A stretch of 36,668 bases of DNA from Micrococcales bacterium (GCA_030452775.1 JAKDLQ010000001.1:1-36668); one strand, 5' to 3'; numbered from the stretch's first letter, positions 25,951 through 35,732 are shown. Notes: generated by a model from the letters alone, not told the origin. Numbers and translations: made by a program.

Positions 25951-25985
25951 GTATGCCGCCCCCCGCGGCGCGGGGGGCGGCATAC
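25951..25985. terminator. Near-perfect 35-nt GC palindrome (17-nt arms) between the convergent tsf and DUF1648 genes; probable bidirectional terminator without a U-tract
   Basis: gtatgccgccccccgcg g cgcggggggcggcatac, 30 nt after the tsf stop and 27 nt before the minus-strand gene's stop. Confidence 0.7.
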
Positions 25986-26011
25986 GTGGTCCACCGGCTG
26001 AGATCCGGCGG

Positions 26012-26539
26012 TCACCTGGTCGCATGGGGCCCCGGGACATCTCGCGGCACGCGCCAGCGGACCGCAACCATCCAGATGAGGTAGCCGGTCACGAGGACGA
26101 GCCACCCGATGATGACGGGCAGGGTCCATCCGGGCAGGGACGCATCCGGACGGTTCGCCGCCTCGACGGTGGAGACCGGCACCGCACAGATCATCGCCAT
26201 CGTCAGGGCGCCGATGATCGCGAGGTCGGTGCCCACCATGTCCAGTGCGCGCGCGAGGTGCTCGGGGCGTTGCCAGTAGTCCTTGTTGGGGATGTTGACC
26301 CACGTCAGTGACCTGCTGCGGGGGATGACGACGAGCAGGGTGCCGAAGATCGCGGCGATGATCACCCCGAGGGCGGCCAGCATGATGACCGCCTCGGTGC
26401 GACTGCCCCACCGGTCAGGGCCGGCGGTGCCGCTCCAGTGCATCGGCACCCGCTCGGGCAGCACGAGCGCGGACCAGGCCACGACGGCGGCATATGCGGC
26501 GGTGAGAGCCCAGAAGAGCTTCGTCAGCCAGGTGCGCAT
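26012..26539 (-). CDS. DUF1648 (SdpI-like) membrane protein
   Basis: 175 aa with four hydrophobic segments and ERVPMHWSGTAGPDRWGS, typical of DUF1648. Confidence 0.75.
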   Translation of the reverse strand: MRTWLTKLFWALTAAYAAVVAWSALVLPERVPMHWSGTAGPDRWGSRTEAVIMLAALGVIIAAIFGTLLVVIPRSRSLTWVNIPNKDYWQRPEHLARALDMVGTDLAIIGALTMAMICAVPVSTVEAANRPDASLPGWTLPVIIGWLVLVTGYLIWMVAVRWRVPRDVPGPHATR

Positions 26540-26654
26540 ACCCCCACGATAGGCAGCGCCCGACAGGCGGCTCCCGAACGTCCACCACGGTCTTCACAGG
26601 ATCTCCACACGTCATGCGCTCGGGCGCCACCCCCACGCTCCTACGCTCGAGGCA

Positions 26655-27087
26655 TGCCTGACCGCCCTGGCCGAGGAGACCGATCTGCTCGTCGGGCTCG
26701 GTGTCGACGCCGACGACTACGTGACCAAGCCCTTCCGGATGCACGAGGTCGTCGCCCGGATCCGCGCTCTGTTGCGCCACGTCGAGCGCGCTCGTGATCT
26801 CGCGGCGCAGCGTCCGCCGGTGCTGGCCGTCGGTGACCTCAAGATCGATCTCGGCGCGCGGCAGGTGTTCCCCAGGGGCCAGGAGGTGCACCCTGACGCC
26901 GCTGGAGTTCGACCTGCTCGTGACCTTGGCCCGCGAGCCTGGGACCGTGCGGCCGCGGGACGAGCTGATGCGCGAGGTCTGGGACTGGGCCGACGCCCGC
27001 GGCACCCGGACGCTGGACAGTCACGTCAAGGCACTGCGCGCCAAGATCGGGCCGGAGCGCATACGCACCGTCCACGGTGTCGGCTAC
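26655..27087 (+). pseudogene. OmpR/PhoB-type response regulator remnant (N-terminal receiver deleted, 1-nt frameshift)
   Basis: [39 protein letters not shown] is only the last part of a receiver domain. The winged helix [30 protein letters not shown]...[13 protein letters not shown]...TVHGVGY is in a different frame. An extra C in cac-c-ctg near 26888 explains the shift. Confidence 0.75.
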
Positions 27088-27088
27088 C

Positions 27089-27376
27089 ATGGCGGCGGAC
27101 CTCGCCTCGGCCGACCGGCATCGCCGCCAGCTCGTCGCGACCGTCTCGCACGAGCTACGCGATCCGCTCACCGCCCCGCAGGCGCTGCTCGAGAACCTCG
27201 TCGATGGTGTCGTCACGCCCGATGACGAGGCCCTGCGCGCGGCGCTCGCCCAGGCCGACCGGCTCGACGCACTGGATCGATCGGCGCCGTCCCGGGCGGA
27301 CCCGGCTCGACCGGCGCCCGCCTGCGCACGGTGCTGCCGAGAGAACCGCGCCGCCTCCGGACACGAGGGCTGCTGA
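27089..27376 (+). pseudogene. Histidine kinase remnant (DHp H-box only)
   Basis: Starts 1 nt after the response-regulator GVGY codons. [31 protein letters not shown]. No TM/HAMP region upstream and no HATPase_c boxes downstream. Confidence 0.65.
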
Positions 27377-27506
27377 TGCCGGCAGACCTGCCGGCGCCGC
27401 CGAACCCGTAGGTGCGCCAAGGCCCAGCGCCGCAGCTCCATTCCCCGGTGCCGGTGAGCCGAGGTCGCTCGCTGCGGCCGCCGCGTCGATCCCTCAGGAG
27501 GTCGCC

Positions 27507-29064
27507 GTGTCCGTCTCTGGTGCCCGGTCCGTTCCGACGAGCGCCGGGTCGATGGTGCCGTCCACGTCGCCCGGCCGAGGAAGACCGCACTCGAGCCGCT
27601 CGTCGCATCTGCCTTCGGTGACCTCTGGCCCGAGGGCGAGCTGCCCCCACAGGTCGGCCTGCTGGTCGGCTCCCTCGGCGTCGGGGTCCTCGCGGCCGCG
27701 TTGCTGCCTGTCCGCGACGTCGGGGTCGTCCTGCTCCTCGTCCTGCTGTGCGGGGGCGGCCTGGTCCTGCGGGCCTCGGTCCTACGCGCCAGCCCGTGGA
27801 CCCTGGTCACGGCGCTCGTCTGCGCCGGCCTCGCGTCGCTTGTCGTGATCCGCGCCGCGGAATGGATCGCCGCGCTTGCCATCACGGTGGGCATCGTGCT
27901 CACCACGACCGCCCTCACCGGCGCGAGGGGGATGGTGCCGCTACTCGCCGGGATCCTGGGGTGGCCTCTGGCGGCCCTGCGCGGGCTGCCACTGCTGGGT
28001 CGCACGATTGCGACGCTGAGCCGGGTCGCCGTCCTGTGGCCGGTCCTGCGCACAGCGGCGATCTCGCTCGTCGCCCTCGTCGCCTTCGGAGGGCTGTTCG
28101 CCTCCGGGGACGCGATCTTCGGCTCGTGGGCCGCATCAGTGGTGCCCGACCTGCTCTGGGACAGCCTGATCCTGCGGGCATTCGTTGGCTTCGTCGCCGC
28201 AGGCTCGGTCCTCGCCGCCTGCAATCTCGCGATCAACCCGGCGCGGTCGAGCGGCTCCAGGTGCCGGTCGGCCGACCGGTCGCCCGCGCCTGGGAATGGG
28301 TCGTGCCGGTCGTGCTCGTCATCACACTCTTCGTCACCTTCTTCCTCGCCCAGGGGGCGGCGCTCTGGGCCGGGCACGACTACGTCCAGCGGGCCAACGG
28401 GCTCACCTATGCGCAGTCCGTCCATCAGGGCTTCGGGCAGCTCACCGCGGTCACGCTGCTTACGCTCGTCACCGTGGCGAACACCGCCCGCAAGGCGTCT
28501 CGAGCGACGGCCCGCGACCGGCTCGTCCTCCGCGGTGCCCTCGGCCTGCTGTGCCTGCTCGCGCTTGTCGTCGTCGCGTCGGCGCTCTACCGGATGCACG
28601 TCTATCAGCAGGCCTACGGCTTCACCGTCCTGCGGGTCCTCGTCGACGCCTTCGAGCTGTGGATGGGTCTGCTCCTCGTCCTCGTTCTCGCCGCCGGTGC
28701 GCGGCTGTCGGCCAGATGGCTGCCGCGGGCGGCGCTGCTCTCGGGAGCGGCCCTCGTCCTCGTCCTCGGCCTCGCCAACCCCGAGGCGTGGGTCGCCCAG
28801 CACAACATCGAGCGCTACCACGCCACGGGCAAGCTCGACGCCGGCTATCTCCAGACCCTGGGACCCGACGCGACCCCGGCGATCGTCGCGGGGCTGCCGG
28901 CAGGTCTCGCGGCCTGCATCCTCGCCGGGAGGCCCGTTGCCGGGGGAGAGGATCTCCTTGAGTGGAACCTCGGCCGCCACCGGGCCGCGGTCGCAGCAGC
29001 CACGGTCGGCCCGGTTGATGAAGAATCCTGCTCATCGCTGCTCGCCCCGAGGCCCGACGGCTGA
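27507..29064 (+). pseudogene. DUF4153/DUF4173-type polytopic membrane protein gene with at least two frameshifts
   Basis: A strong SD (aggagg) lies 6 nt before GTG 27507. The N-terminal TM-rich half reads in the frame of ORF 27701.. (open from 27458) up to about 28240 (..VAAGSVLAACNLAINPA). The C-terminal half reads in the frame of ORF 27748..29064 (VERLQVPV...VVPVVLVITLF...GLTYAQSVHQGFGQL...YRMHVYQQAYGFTVLRV...NIERYHATGKLDAGYLQTLGPDA). Confidence 0.65.
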
Positions 29065-29104
29065 GCCGGATCGGATCGCCTACCGTTGCGGCTGGGCCAC
29101 CGCG

Positions 29105-29722
29105 TCACGCGAGCAGCAGCGTGGTGAGCGTGCTGACCAGCCAGGACTCCACCTCGTCGTAGCTCCACCCCTCCCGCACCACCAGTTGCTCGATCGTCTC
29201 GCTCGAGGCGAGGGTCGTGATGATCGCGCCCGCCCGCTCGATCGTCACCCCGGCGCGCAGGGCGCCCATCTCATGCAGCCGCCGGGCGATCGCGAACTCC
29301 CCCTCGCGGTGGTAGGCGTCCCCGGCCGCCACCACGGGAGCGAGGTCGGGCACGGTGTGGGCGGCGGACCGAAGCGCACGCATGATGTCACCGCACCGCT
29401 CGTTCAGCTCGCGGACCAGGTGCATATTGAGGCGCAGCAGCTCGGGACCAGTCGTGGCCCGGCGTTGCCTCGCATCGTTCTCCTCCACCCCACCCTCGGC
29501 GTTGACGAACTCCACGAGGGACCTGACCAGCTCGGGCTTCGTGCCCACGCTCGCGTACAGCGTCGGCACAGACACGCCCGCCTCCGCCGCGATGTCCGAC
29601 ACGGAGGTCGCCGCGTAGCCGGGGTCGGCGAACAGCCTGCGTGCGGCGGAGAGGATCGTCTGCCGCGTCTGTTCTGCCTGGCGCTGCCGATGCGCCGAGC
29701 GATAAACCCTTGACGAGACCAC
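29105..29722 (-). CDS. TetR family transcriptional regulator
   Basis: HTH region: TRQTILSAARRLFADPGYAATSVSDIAAEAGVSVPTLYASVGTK. Confidence 0.9.
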   Translation of the reverse strand: MVSSRVYRSAHRQRQAEQTRQTILSAARRLFADPGYAATSVSDIAAEAGVSVPTLYASVGTKPELVRSLVEFVNAEGGVEENDARQRRATTGPELLRLNMHLVRELNERCGDIMRALRSAAHTVPDLAPVVAAGDAYHREGEFAIARRLHEMGALRAGVTIERAGAIITTLASSETIEQLVVREGWSYDEVESWLVSTLTTLLLA

Positions 29723-29779
29723 TAGGCAAACCTACCCTTATTCATTATAAGACAATTCAAGTCAAGGAGGTTGGGTCTC
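29723..29779. promoter_or_regulatory. AT-rich divergent promoter/operator region between the TetR gene and the membrane-protein gene
   Basis: taggcaaacctacccttattcattataagacaattcaagtcaaggagg. Plus strand: -35-like TAGGCA (29723-28), 17-nt spacer, -10-like TATAAG (29746-51), SD AGGAGG (29765-70). Minus strand: perfect TATAAT (29749-29744). Inverted repeat cttat-N5-ataag (29737-51) overlaps both -10 boxes. Confidence 0.55.
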
Positions 29780-30505
29780 ATGTCAAGCAACGTACCGGTC
29801 GACCTGCCCGGCAGCGCCGCGCCGCGCCCCGAGAAGCGCCGCGCTCATCGCGCTGTTGGAGAGCATGCGGTCGATCACGCGCGCTCCTCGTTCCCTGGGC
29901 CGACAGTGACCGGAGTGAGCATGCTGATCGGCCCGCCGCTGGCCCTCGTCGCGAGTCTCATCGGTGCCCCGGCCTACCACGCGATGGGGGCGGACTTCGT
30001 CGCCGGAATGGTGGAGCATGCACGCGCATTCGAGGTCGCGATACAACTCTCGCTGGCCTCTATGATCCTGCTCATCATCGCCGTGATCGGCATGGCGTCG
30101 ATGATCTGCGTCACACGGCCCCGCTGGGGACGCGTCGCCGGGGTGGTGACGATGATCGGGCTGCTGGGACCGCTCACGTTTCAGTCCGTGTATTGGGCGG
30201 CCTCCCATCTGGTCGACACGGCCGCCCACCGGGCAGCCGCAGCGGTCCTGATCGACGAGTCCCAGGTTATCCCGAGGACCGTGATGAACGTGTCCGGACC
30301 GGCGATCATCCTCGGCTTCGTGCTGCTGGCCATCGCCTCCGCGAAGTCCGGGGTGCTGCCTCGCACTCCCGCGGTGCTGCTCGGTCTCACGGCGCTGATC
30401 CCGTTCGGGTTCATCTCCGGCCATCTCGTCATCTCGGCGATCGGCTTCGCTGCCGCGACCGTGGCGCTGGTGCCGCTCGGGGTGAGCCAGCTCCGGCGAC
30501 CGTGA
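29780..30505 (+). CDS. Integral membrane protein of unknown function (about 6 TM)
   Basis: ORF 29771..30505; ATG 29780 is 9 nt after AGGAGG. Hydrophobic segments such as SMILLIIAVIGMASMI and AIILGFVLLAIASA. Confidence 0.75.
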   Translation: MSSNVPVDLPGSAAPRPEKRRAHRAVGEHAVDHARSSFPGPTVTGVSMLIGPPLALVASLIGAPAYHAMGADFVAGMVEHARAFEVAIQLSLASMILLIIAVIGMASMICVTRPRWGRVAGVVTMIGLLGPLTFQSVYWAASHLVDTAAHRAAAAVLIDESQVIPRTVMNVSGPAIILGFVLLAIASAKSGVLPRTPAVLLGLTALIPFGFISGHLVISAIGFAAATVALVPLGVSQLRRP

Positions 30506-30626
30506 GCACCGACGCCCGGGGAATGAGATCTCGCGTCCTGCATTCACGCCAGGACTGTTGCCGGGGGAGCGGACCCCCTCGTGTGGAACCTCGACCGCGG
30601 CCGGTTCCGGCGCGCCGCGCCTCCCG

Positions 30627-31025
30627 TCACCTCGTAGGCGGCAGCGACGTCGTGATCTCCAGAAGCTCATCACGCGGCTCGTCAACGGCTGCTGCACCTG
30701 CGATAGGCGACGGCCGACGCGGCAGCCGAACCCGCAACCTCGCGCCACCGCCGCGCCCGGGGTAGACGTACAGGCCGTGGACCGGGTCCGGTACCGCATC
30801 AAGAGCGGCTTGCACACCGGGAAGAGCGCGGAAGGCCTCACGAGCGGCTTCGTCGGAGAACCTGATCTCCAGGATGACGCCCCACGTCGGGGTGTGCCAC
30901 GTCCATTCCGTTGCGCCGTTGGTCAGGGCGGTCTCGGTCAGCGCGTCGCCGCGGCCGGACCGCCACAGGCTGGCGGGGACGTCGGCGTCCTGAACCTCGA
31001 TGGTGAGCCAGCACTCCATACACAT
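30627..31025 (-). CDS. Hypothetical protein (~133 aa)
   Basis: ORF 30627..31181 trimmed to ATG 31025 ([17 protein letters not shown]...[35 protein letters not shown]). Start uncertain; no family recognised. Confidence 0.45.
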   Translation of the reverse strand: MCMECWLTIEVQDADVPASLWRSGRGDALTETALTNGATEWTWHTPTWGVILEIRFSDEAAREAFRALPGVQAALDAVPDPVHGLYVYPGRGGGARLRVRLPRRPSPIAGAAAVDEPRDELLEITTSLPPTR

Positions 31026-31330
31026 CAGAATACGCCGAGGCAACCGGCGGTGCACGCGACCGCAAGGCCCGTGGGTGGCCTGAACGCCGTGGTGGCGAAC
31101 CGGGTGCTCGACGGCGGTGTCCGCCCAGGATCGGGGCTGGACCGCATGTGCATGATCGGCTGCCGCCGTTGCCATCCCCATGCAGCTCGTCCTTCAGGGA
31201 CCGCCCAGGGCTACGGCGAGAGCCTGCTCTCCGACAACGGCTCAGTGCGGAGCCTCGATGCAACGTCCCGGCCGGGATGTGGAAAGATCGGGCGACCGCT
31301 GGAACGCTGCCCACCAGGAGCCCATCCGCC

Positions 31331-32059
31331 ATGACCGATGCCCCCAACACGCCGCGCAGGCGGGTACTGCTCAAACTCTCCGGTGAGGTGTTCGGCGGAG
31401 GTGAGGTGGGTCTCGACCCGGCCGTCGTCCAGGCCATGTGCCATCAGATCGCGCCGGCTGTCCGGGACGGGGTGCAGGTAGCCATCGTCGTCGGCGGCGG
31501 CAACTTCTTCCGGGGCGCCGAGCTTCAGCAGCGCGGTATGGACCGGACGCGCGCCGACTACATGGGCATGCTCGGCACCCTGATGAACTGCCTCGCGCTG
31601 CAGGACTTCCTCGAGAAGGAGGGCATCGAGACACGCGTCCAGTCGGCCATCGCCATGACCCAGGTCGCCGAGCCCTACATTCCGCGACGGGCGATCCGCC
31701 ATCTCCAGAAGGGGCGCGTCGTCATCTTCGGTGCCGGGGCGGGCATGCCCTACTTCTCGACCGACACGGTGAGCGCCCAACGCGCTCTCGAGATCGGGTG
31801 CGACGCCGTGCTCATCGCCAAGAACGGCGTCGACGGGGTCTACGACTCCGATCCGCGGCACAACCCGGACGCCAAGAAGCTGCACGTGGTGACCTTCGAC
31901 GAGGCGCTCGCCGCCGGGCTCAAGGTCGTCGACGCCGCGGCCTTCGCCCTGTGCATGGAGAACAAGCTCCCGATGATCGTCTTCGGGATGGCAGGCGAGG
32001 GCAACATCACTCGGGCTCTGCTCGGTGAGAGGATCGGGACGCTGGTCACGAGCTCCTGA
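31331..32059 (+). CDS. pyrH: UMP kinase
   Basis: Within ORF 31148..32059; ATG 31331. [36 protein letters not shown]. Confidence 0.95.
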   Translation: MTDAPNTPRRRVLLKLSGEVFGGGEVGLDPAVVQAMCHQIAPAVRDGVQVAIVVGGGNFFRGAELQQRGMDRTRADYMGMLGTLMNCLALQDFLEKEGIETRVQSAIAMTQVAEPYIPRRAIRHLQKGRVVIFGAGAGMPYFSTDTVSAQRALEIGCDAVLIAKNGVDGVYDSDPRHNPDAKKLHVVTFDEALAAGLKVVDAAAFALCMENKLPMIVFGMAGEGNITRALLGERIGTLVTSS

Positions 32060-32118
32060 GCCACACCGCACACTCATACCATCCCTGACACCGAACCACC
32101 GGACGAGGAAGTACCGCG

Positions 32119-32676
32119 ATGATCGACGAGACGATGTTCGAGGCTGAGGAGAAGATGGAGAAGGCGATCGAGGTCCTCAAGGAGGACTTCGCCGGGATCC
32201 GGACGGGACGAGCCAACCCCGGACTGTTCAACAAGCTCCTCATCGACTACTACGGGTCCCCGACGCCGCTGCAACAGCTCGCGTCCTTCCAGAACCCGGA
32301 GCCGCGGACCATCCTGGTCGTCCCGTTCGACAAGTCAGCCATGCACGCGATCGAGAAGGCGATCCGCGACTCGGATCTCGGCGTCAACCCAGCCAGCGAC
32401 GGCCGTCAGATCCGGTGTGTGATGCCGGAGCTGACCGAGCAACGCCGCAAGGAGTACATCAAGCTGGCGCATGGCAAGGCGGAGGAGGCCCGGATCGCGG
32501 TGCGCAATATCCGCCGCAAGGCCAAGACCGATCTCGACCGGTTCGTCAAGGACGGCGACGTCGGTGAGGACGAGGGTAACCGCGCGGAGAAGGAGCTCGA
32601 CCTGCTAACGAGGAAGCATACCGACCTCGTCGACGTACTGGTCAAGTCGAAGGAGGCCGAGCTCATCGAGGTCTGA
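32119..32676 (+). CDS. frr: Ribosome recycling factor
   Basis: 185 aa; GIRTGRANPGLFNKLLIDYYGSPTPLQQLA...TEQRRKEYIKLA. Confidence 0.95.
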   Translation: MIDETMFEAEEKMEKAIEVLKEDFAGIRTGRANPGLFNKLLIDYYGSPTPLQQLASFQNPEPRTILVVPFDKSAMHAIEKAIRDSDLGVNPASDGRQIRCVMPELTEQRRKEYIKLAHGKAEEARIAVRNIRRKAKTDLDRFVKDGDVGEDEGNRAEKELDLLTRKHTDLVDVLVKSKEAELIEV

Positions 32677-32689
32677 CCTCGATGTCCTC

Positions 32690-33547
32690 GTGACCATGTC
32701 CACGACCTCGCCCGGCTCCCCACCGAAGGTCCCCTCGCGGGCCGGGCGTGACCTCAAGGCGGCCATCGCCGTCGGTGTCGGGCTCGGCGCGCTCATCATC
32801 GCGACGCTCATGATCAACACGGCGCTCTTCCTCGTCGTGATCATGCTGGCGATCTCCGTTGCGGTGTGGGAGATCCGTGAGGCACTGCGCAACGCGGCCG
32901 TGGTGGCTCCCCTGATACCGGTGCTCATCGGGACCGTGGGCATGCTGTGGGCAGCCTACGTCTACGGCCCGGCGGCCCTGCTGCTGGCGTGGTGCCTGAC
33001 GATGGCCGCGACGGTGGTGTGGCGGGCTGCTGGCCCCATCGACCGGGCCGGTAGGGACACCCTCGGAGGCATCTTCGCCGCGACGTACCCGCCCTTGTTG
33101 GCCGGGTTCGCCGCGCTGCTGCTCGCTCCGGAGGACGGGGCGGCCCGGGCCTTCGTCTTCCTCATCATCGCCGTGTGCAGCGATATCGGTGGGTATGCCG
33201 TCGGCGTGCTCTTCGGTAAGCATCCGATGGCGCCGTCGATCAGTCCCAAGAAGTCGTGGGAGGGCCTCTCCGGCTCGGTGCTCCTTTGTGTCGTGGCCGG
33301 CGCGGTGACCGTGCCCGTCTTCCTCGGCCGGGCATGGTGGATCGGTGTCCTGCTCGGTGTCGCCGTCGCGCTCTGTGCGACCATCGGTGACCTCATGGAG
33401 TCGGTCGTCAAGCGCGACCTCGGTGTCAAGGACATGTCCAACATCCTTCCGGGACACGGCGGGCTCATGGACCGCCTCGACTCACTCTTGGTCGTGGCCC
33501 CGGTCGTCTGGGCGGTCCTGACCCTGCTCGCCCCGCCCGTCGCCTGA
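32690..33547 (+). CDS. cdsA: Phosphatidate cytidylyltransferase
   Basis: SDIGGYAVGVLFGKH, SPKKSWEG, KRDLGVKDMSNILPGHGGLMDRLDS. Start is GTG 32690 or ATG 32696. Confidence 0.9.
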   Translation: MTMSTTSPGSPPKVPSRAGRDLKAAIAVGVGLGALIIATLMINTALFLVVIMLAISVAVWEIREALRNAAVVAPLIPVLIGTVGMLWAAYVYGPAALLLAWCLTMAATVVWRAAGPIDRAGRDTLGGIFAATYPPLLAGFAALLLAPEDGAARAFVFLIIAVCSDIGGYAVGVLFGKHPMAPSISPKKSWEGLSGSVLLCVVAGAVTVPVFLGRAWWIGVLLGVAVALCATIGDLMESVVKRDLGVKDMSNILPGHGGLMDRLDSLLVVAPVVWAVLTLLAPPVA

Positions 33548-33640
33548 ACCGCAGCGGGACCGCGCTCGCCTCGATGACTGGGGTGAGCGGCATACGGGTC
33601 GGTGGGTGCGGATGAGCACACCTGCGAGAATGGCCCTGCC

Positions 33641-34816
33641 ATGACTGAGACTTCCGTGCCGCTGCCCGCTCCGACGACCGCGCCGCCGGTGCCGGGCGCG
33701 CTGACCTTCGCCGCGCCGCGCCGCGGTAAGCCACCACAGCACCTCGCCGATCTCACGCCGGCCGGGCGCACGGCGGCCGTGCAGGCGCTGGGGCATGGGG
33801 GGTTCCGGGCCAAGCAACTCTCGAGGCACTACTTCGAACGGCTGGCCGTCGATCCCGACGACATGACCGACCTGCCCAAGGCCATCCGATCCGAGCTCGT
33901 CGCGCAACTGCTGCCGACGCTGCTCACCCCCATCGTGCAGCGCACTGCGGACGATGGCCAGACGCTCAAAGATGCCTGGCGCCTGCACGACGGGGCGGTC
34001 GTCGAGTCCGTGCTGATGCGCTATCCGGGCCGGGTGACGATCTGCGTCTCGAGCCAGGCGGGATGTGGGATGAACTGCCCCTTCTGCGCGACCGGTCAAG
34101 CGGGGCTGACCCGCAACCTGTCTGCCGCCGAGATCGTCGAGCAGGTCGTCCACGCGGCCCGGGCGCTGCGCAATGGCCGCCTCGCCGGCGGCGTGGGCAA
34201 GGAGCGCGAGGCGCCACTGCGCGTCAGCAATGTCGTGTTCATGGGCATGGGCGAGGCGCTCGCCAACTACAAGGCAACGATCGGCGCGATCCGCCGGATG
34301 ACCGACCCGGCACCGGACGGCCTCGGGATCTCCGCGCGGGGAGTCACGATGTCGACCGTCGGGCTCGTTCCGGGCATCGACAGGCTGACCGCCGAGGGCA
34401 TCCCCGTGACCCTCGCGCTCTCGCTGCACGCCCCCGATGACGAGCTACGCAACGAACTCGTGCCGATCAACACTCGCTGGTCGGTCGACGAGGCCATCGA
34501 CGCGGCGCACCGCTACTTCGAGGCGACGAGGCGGCGGATCTCGATCGAGTACGCCCTCATCAGGGACATCAACGACCAGGGGTGGCGCGCAGACCTGCTT
34601 GGGGACAAGCTCAACGCCCGCGGTCGTGGCTGGGTGCACGTCAACCCCATCCCGCTCAACCCGACCCCCGGCTCCAAGTGGACGGCGTCGCGCCCCGGCG
34701 TCGAGCAGAACTTCGTCGAACGGCTGCGGGCGCACGGCATCCGCACGACGATCCGCGACACGCGTGGGCAGGACATCGACGGTGCCTGCGGCCAGCTCGC
34801 TGCCTCCACCGTCTGA
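33641..34816 (+). CDS. rlmN: 23S rRNA/tRNA (adenine-C2)-methyltransferase RlmN (radical SAM)
   Basis: ORF 33602..34816; ATG 33641 preferred. [27 protein letters not shown] (CxxxCxxC), GIDGACGQL. Confidence 0.9.
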   Translation: MTETSVPLPAPTTAPPVPGALTFAAPRRGKPPQHLADLTPAGRTAAVQALGHGGFRAKQLSRHYFERLAVDPDDMTDLPKAIRSELVAQLLPTLLTPIVQRTADDGQTLKDAWRLHDGAVVESVLMRYPGRVTICVSSQAGCGMNCPFCATGQAGLTRNLSAAEIVEQVVHAARALRNGRLAGGVGKEREAPLRVSNVVFMGMGEALANYKATIGAIRRMTDPAPDGLGISARGVTMSTVGLVPGIDRLTAEGIPVTLALSLHAPDDELRNELVPINTRWSVDEAIDAAHRYFEATRRRISIEYALIRDINDQGWRADLLGDKLNARGRGWVHVNPIPLNPTPGSKWTASRPGVEQNFVERLRAHGIRTTIRDTRGQDIDGACGQLAASTV

Positions 34817-34919
34817 CGCTCCGAGCTTCGGCCCACCGGGATCGAAGTGTATAGGCGCGGCATCCGGCAGAACTCGCTGTCCCAGTCCTGCTGGCCGCGC
34901 TTGGCGACCAGCTTGCTGC

Positions 34920-35732
34920 TCAATGCAATTCCTGCCTGCGGTCATCCGAGTCCATGGCTGGTGCCACGCCGGGTGCAGCGGCCGTGCTGGGTCCTGAGAT
35001 CGACCCCGATGACGTCGATCGTCCTCCGAGGTACGCGGCACGCACAATCGGGTCATCGGCCAACTCGTCTGCCGTGCCCTCGGCGATCACCCGCCCACGG
35101 TCCATCACCAGGACGTGGTCGGCGACCCGGAACGCGGCGCGGACGTTCTGCTCCACGAGCAGGACGGCGAGTCCTTGCTCGTCGCGGAGCCGGGCGAGGG
35201 TGGTGATGATCTCCCCGACCAGCCGTGGCGCGAGGCCGAGACTGGGCTCGTCGAGGACGATGACCGAAGGGTCGGCCATGAGAGCCCTGGCCATGGCGAG
35301 CATCTGCTGCTCTCCGCCGGAGAGGGCGCCGGCCATCAGGTTGATCCGGTCGGCCAGGCGAGGGAAGAGCGCCAGAGCATGTTCGCGTCGCCGCGCGTGC
35401 TGGCCGTCCTTGCGCCGCGTCCAACCGCCGAGGCTGAGGTTGTCATCGACGCTGAGCGACGGGAAGACGAGGCGGTTCTCCGGGACGTGCGCCAGCCCCT
35501 GTCGCGCGATCTGCTCCGCACTCGACGTGGTGATCTCTTTCTCGCCAAGCCGCACCCGGCCGGAGCGTGGGCGCAGCAGGCCGGAGACGGATCGCAGGAG
35601 TGTCGTCTTGCCGACGCCGTTCGCGCCGATCACGGCGACGAGCTGACCGGAGGACACCTCGAGGTCGACCCCGTGCAGCACCTGGAGACGGTCGTACGCC
35701 GCGGTGAGCCCCTCGACCTGCAGCCTGGTCAT
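34920..35732 (-). CDS. livF: Branched-chain amino acid-type ABC transporter ATP-binding protein (LivF-like)
   Basis: Walker A GANGVGKTT, signature LSGGEQQMLAMARAL, Walker B VIVLDEPSLGLAP. Has an unusual ~35-aa Ser/Pro/Ala C-terminal tail after AYLGG. Confidence 0.85.
   Translation of the reverse strand: MTRLQVEGLTAAYDRLQVLHGVDLEVSSGQLVAVIGANGVGKTTLLRSVSGLLRPRSGRVRLGEKEITTSSAEQIARQGLAHVPENRLVFPSLSVDDNLSLGGWTRRKDGQHARRREHALALFPRLADRINLMAGALSGGEQQMLAMARALMADPSVIVLDEPSLGLAPRLVGEIITTLARLRDEQGLAVLLVEQNVRAAFRVADHVLVMDRGRVIAEGTADELADDPIVRAAYLGGRSTSSGSISGPSTAAAPGVAPAMDSDDRRQELH

Noticed and set aside
26839-28980. 713-aa minus-strand ORF
   Set aside because: It is antisense to the DUF4153/DUF4173-type pseudogene and the two-component remnants. 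The sequence is extremely Arg/Glu/Asp/Gly-rich, the mirror image of a hydrophobic membrane-protein gene.
28250-29713. Second half of ORF 27701..29713 (670 aa)
   Set aside because: After about 28240 this frame turns into Ser/Arg/Pro-rich sequence and runs antisense through the TetR gene. The real continuation of the membrane protein is in the frame of ORF 27748..29064.
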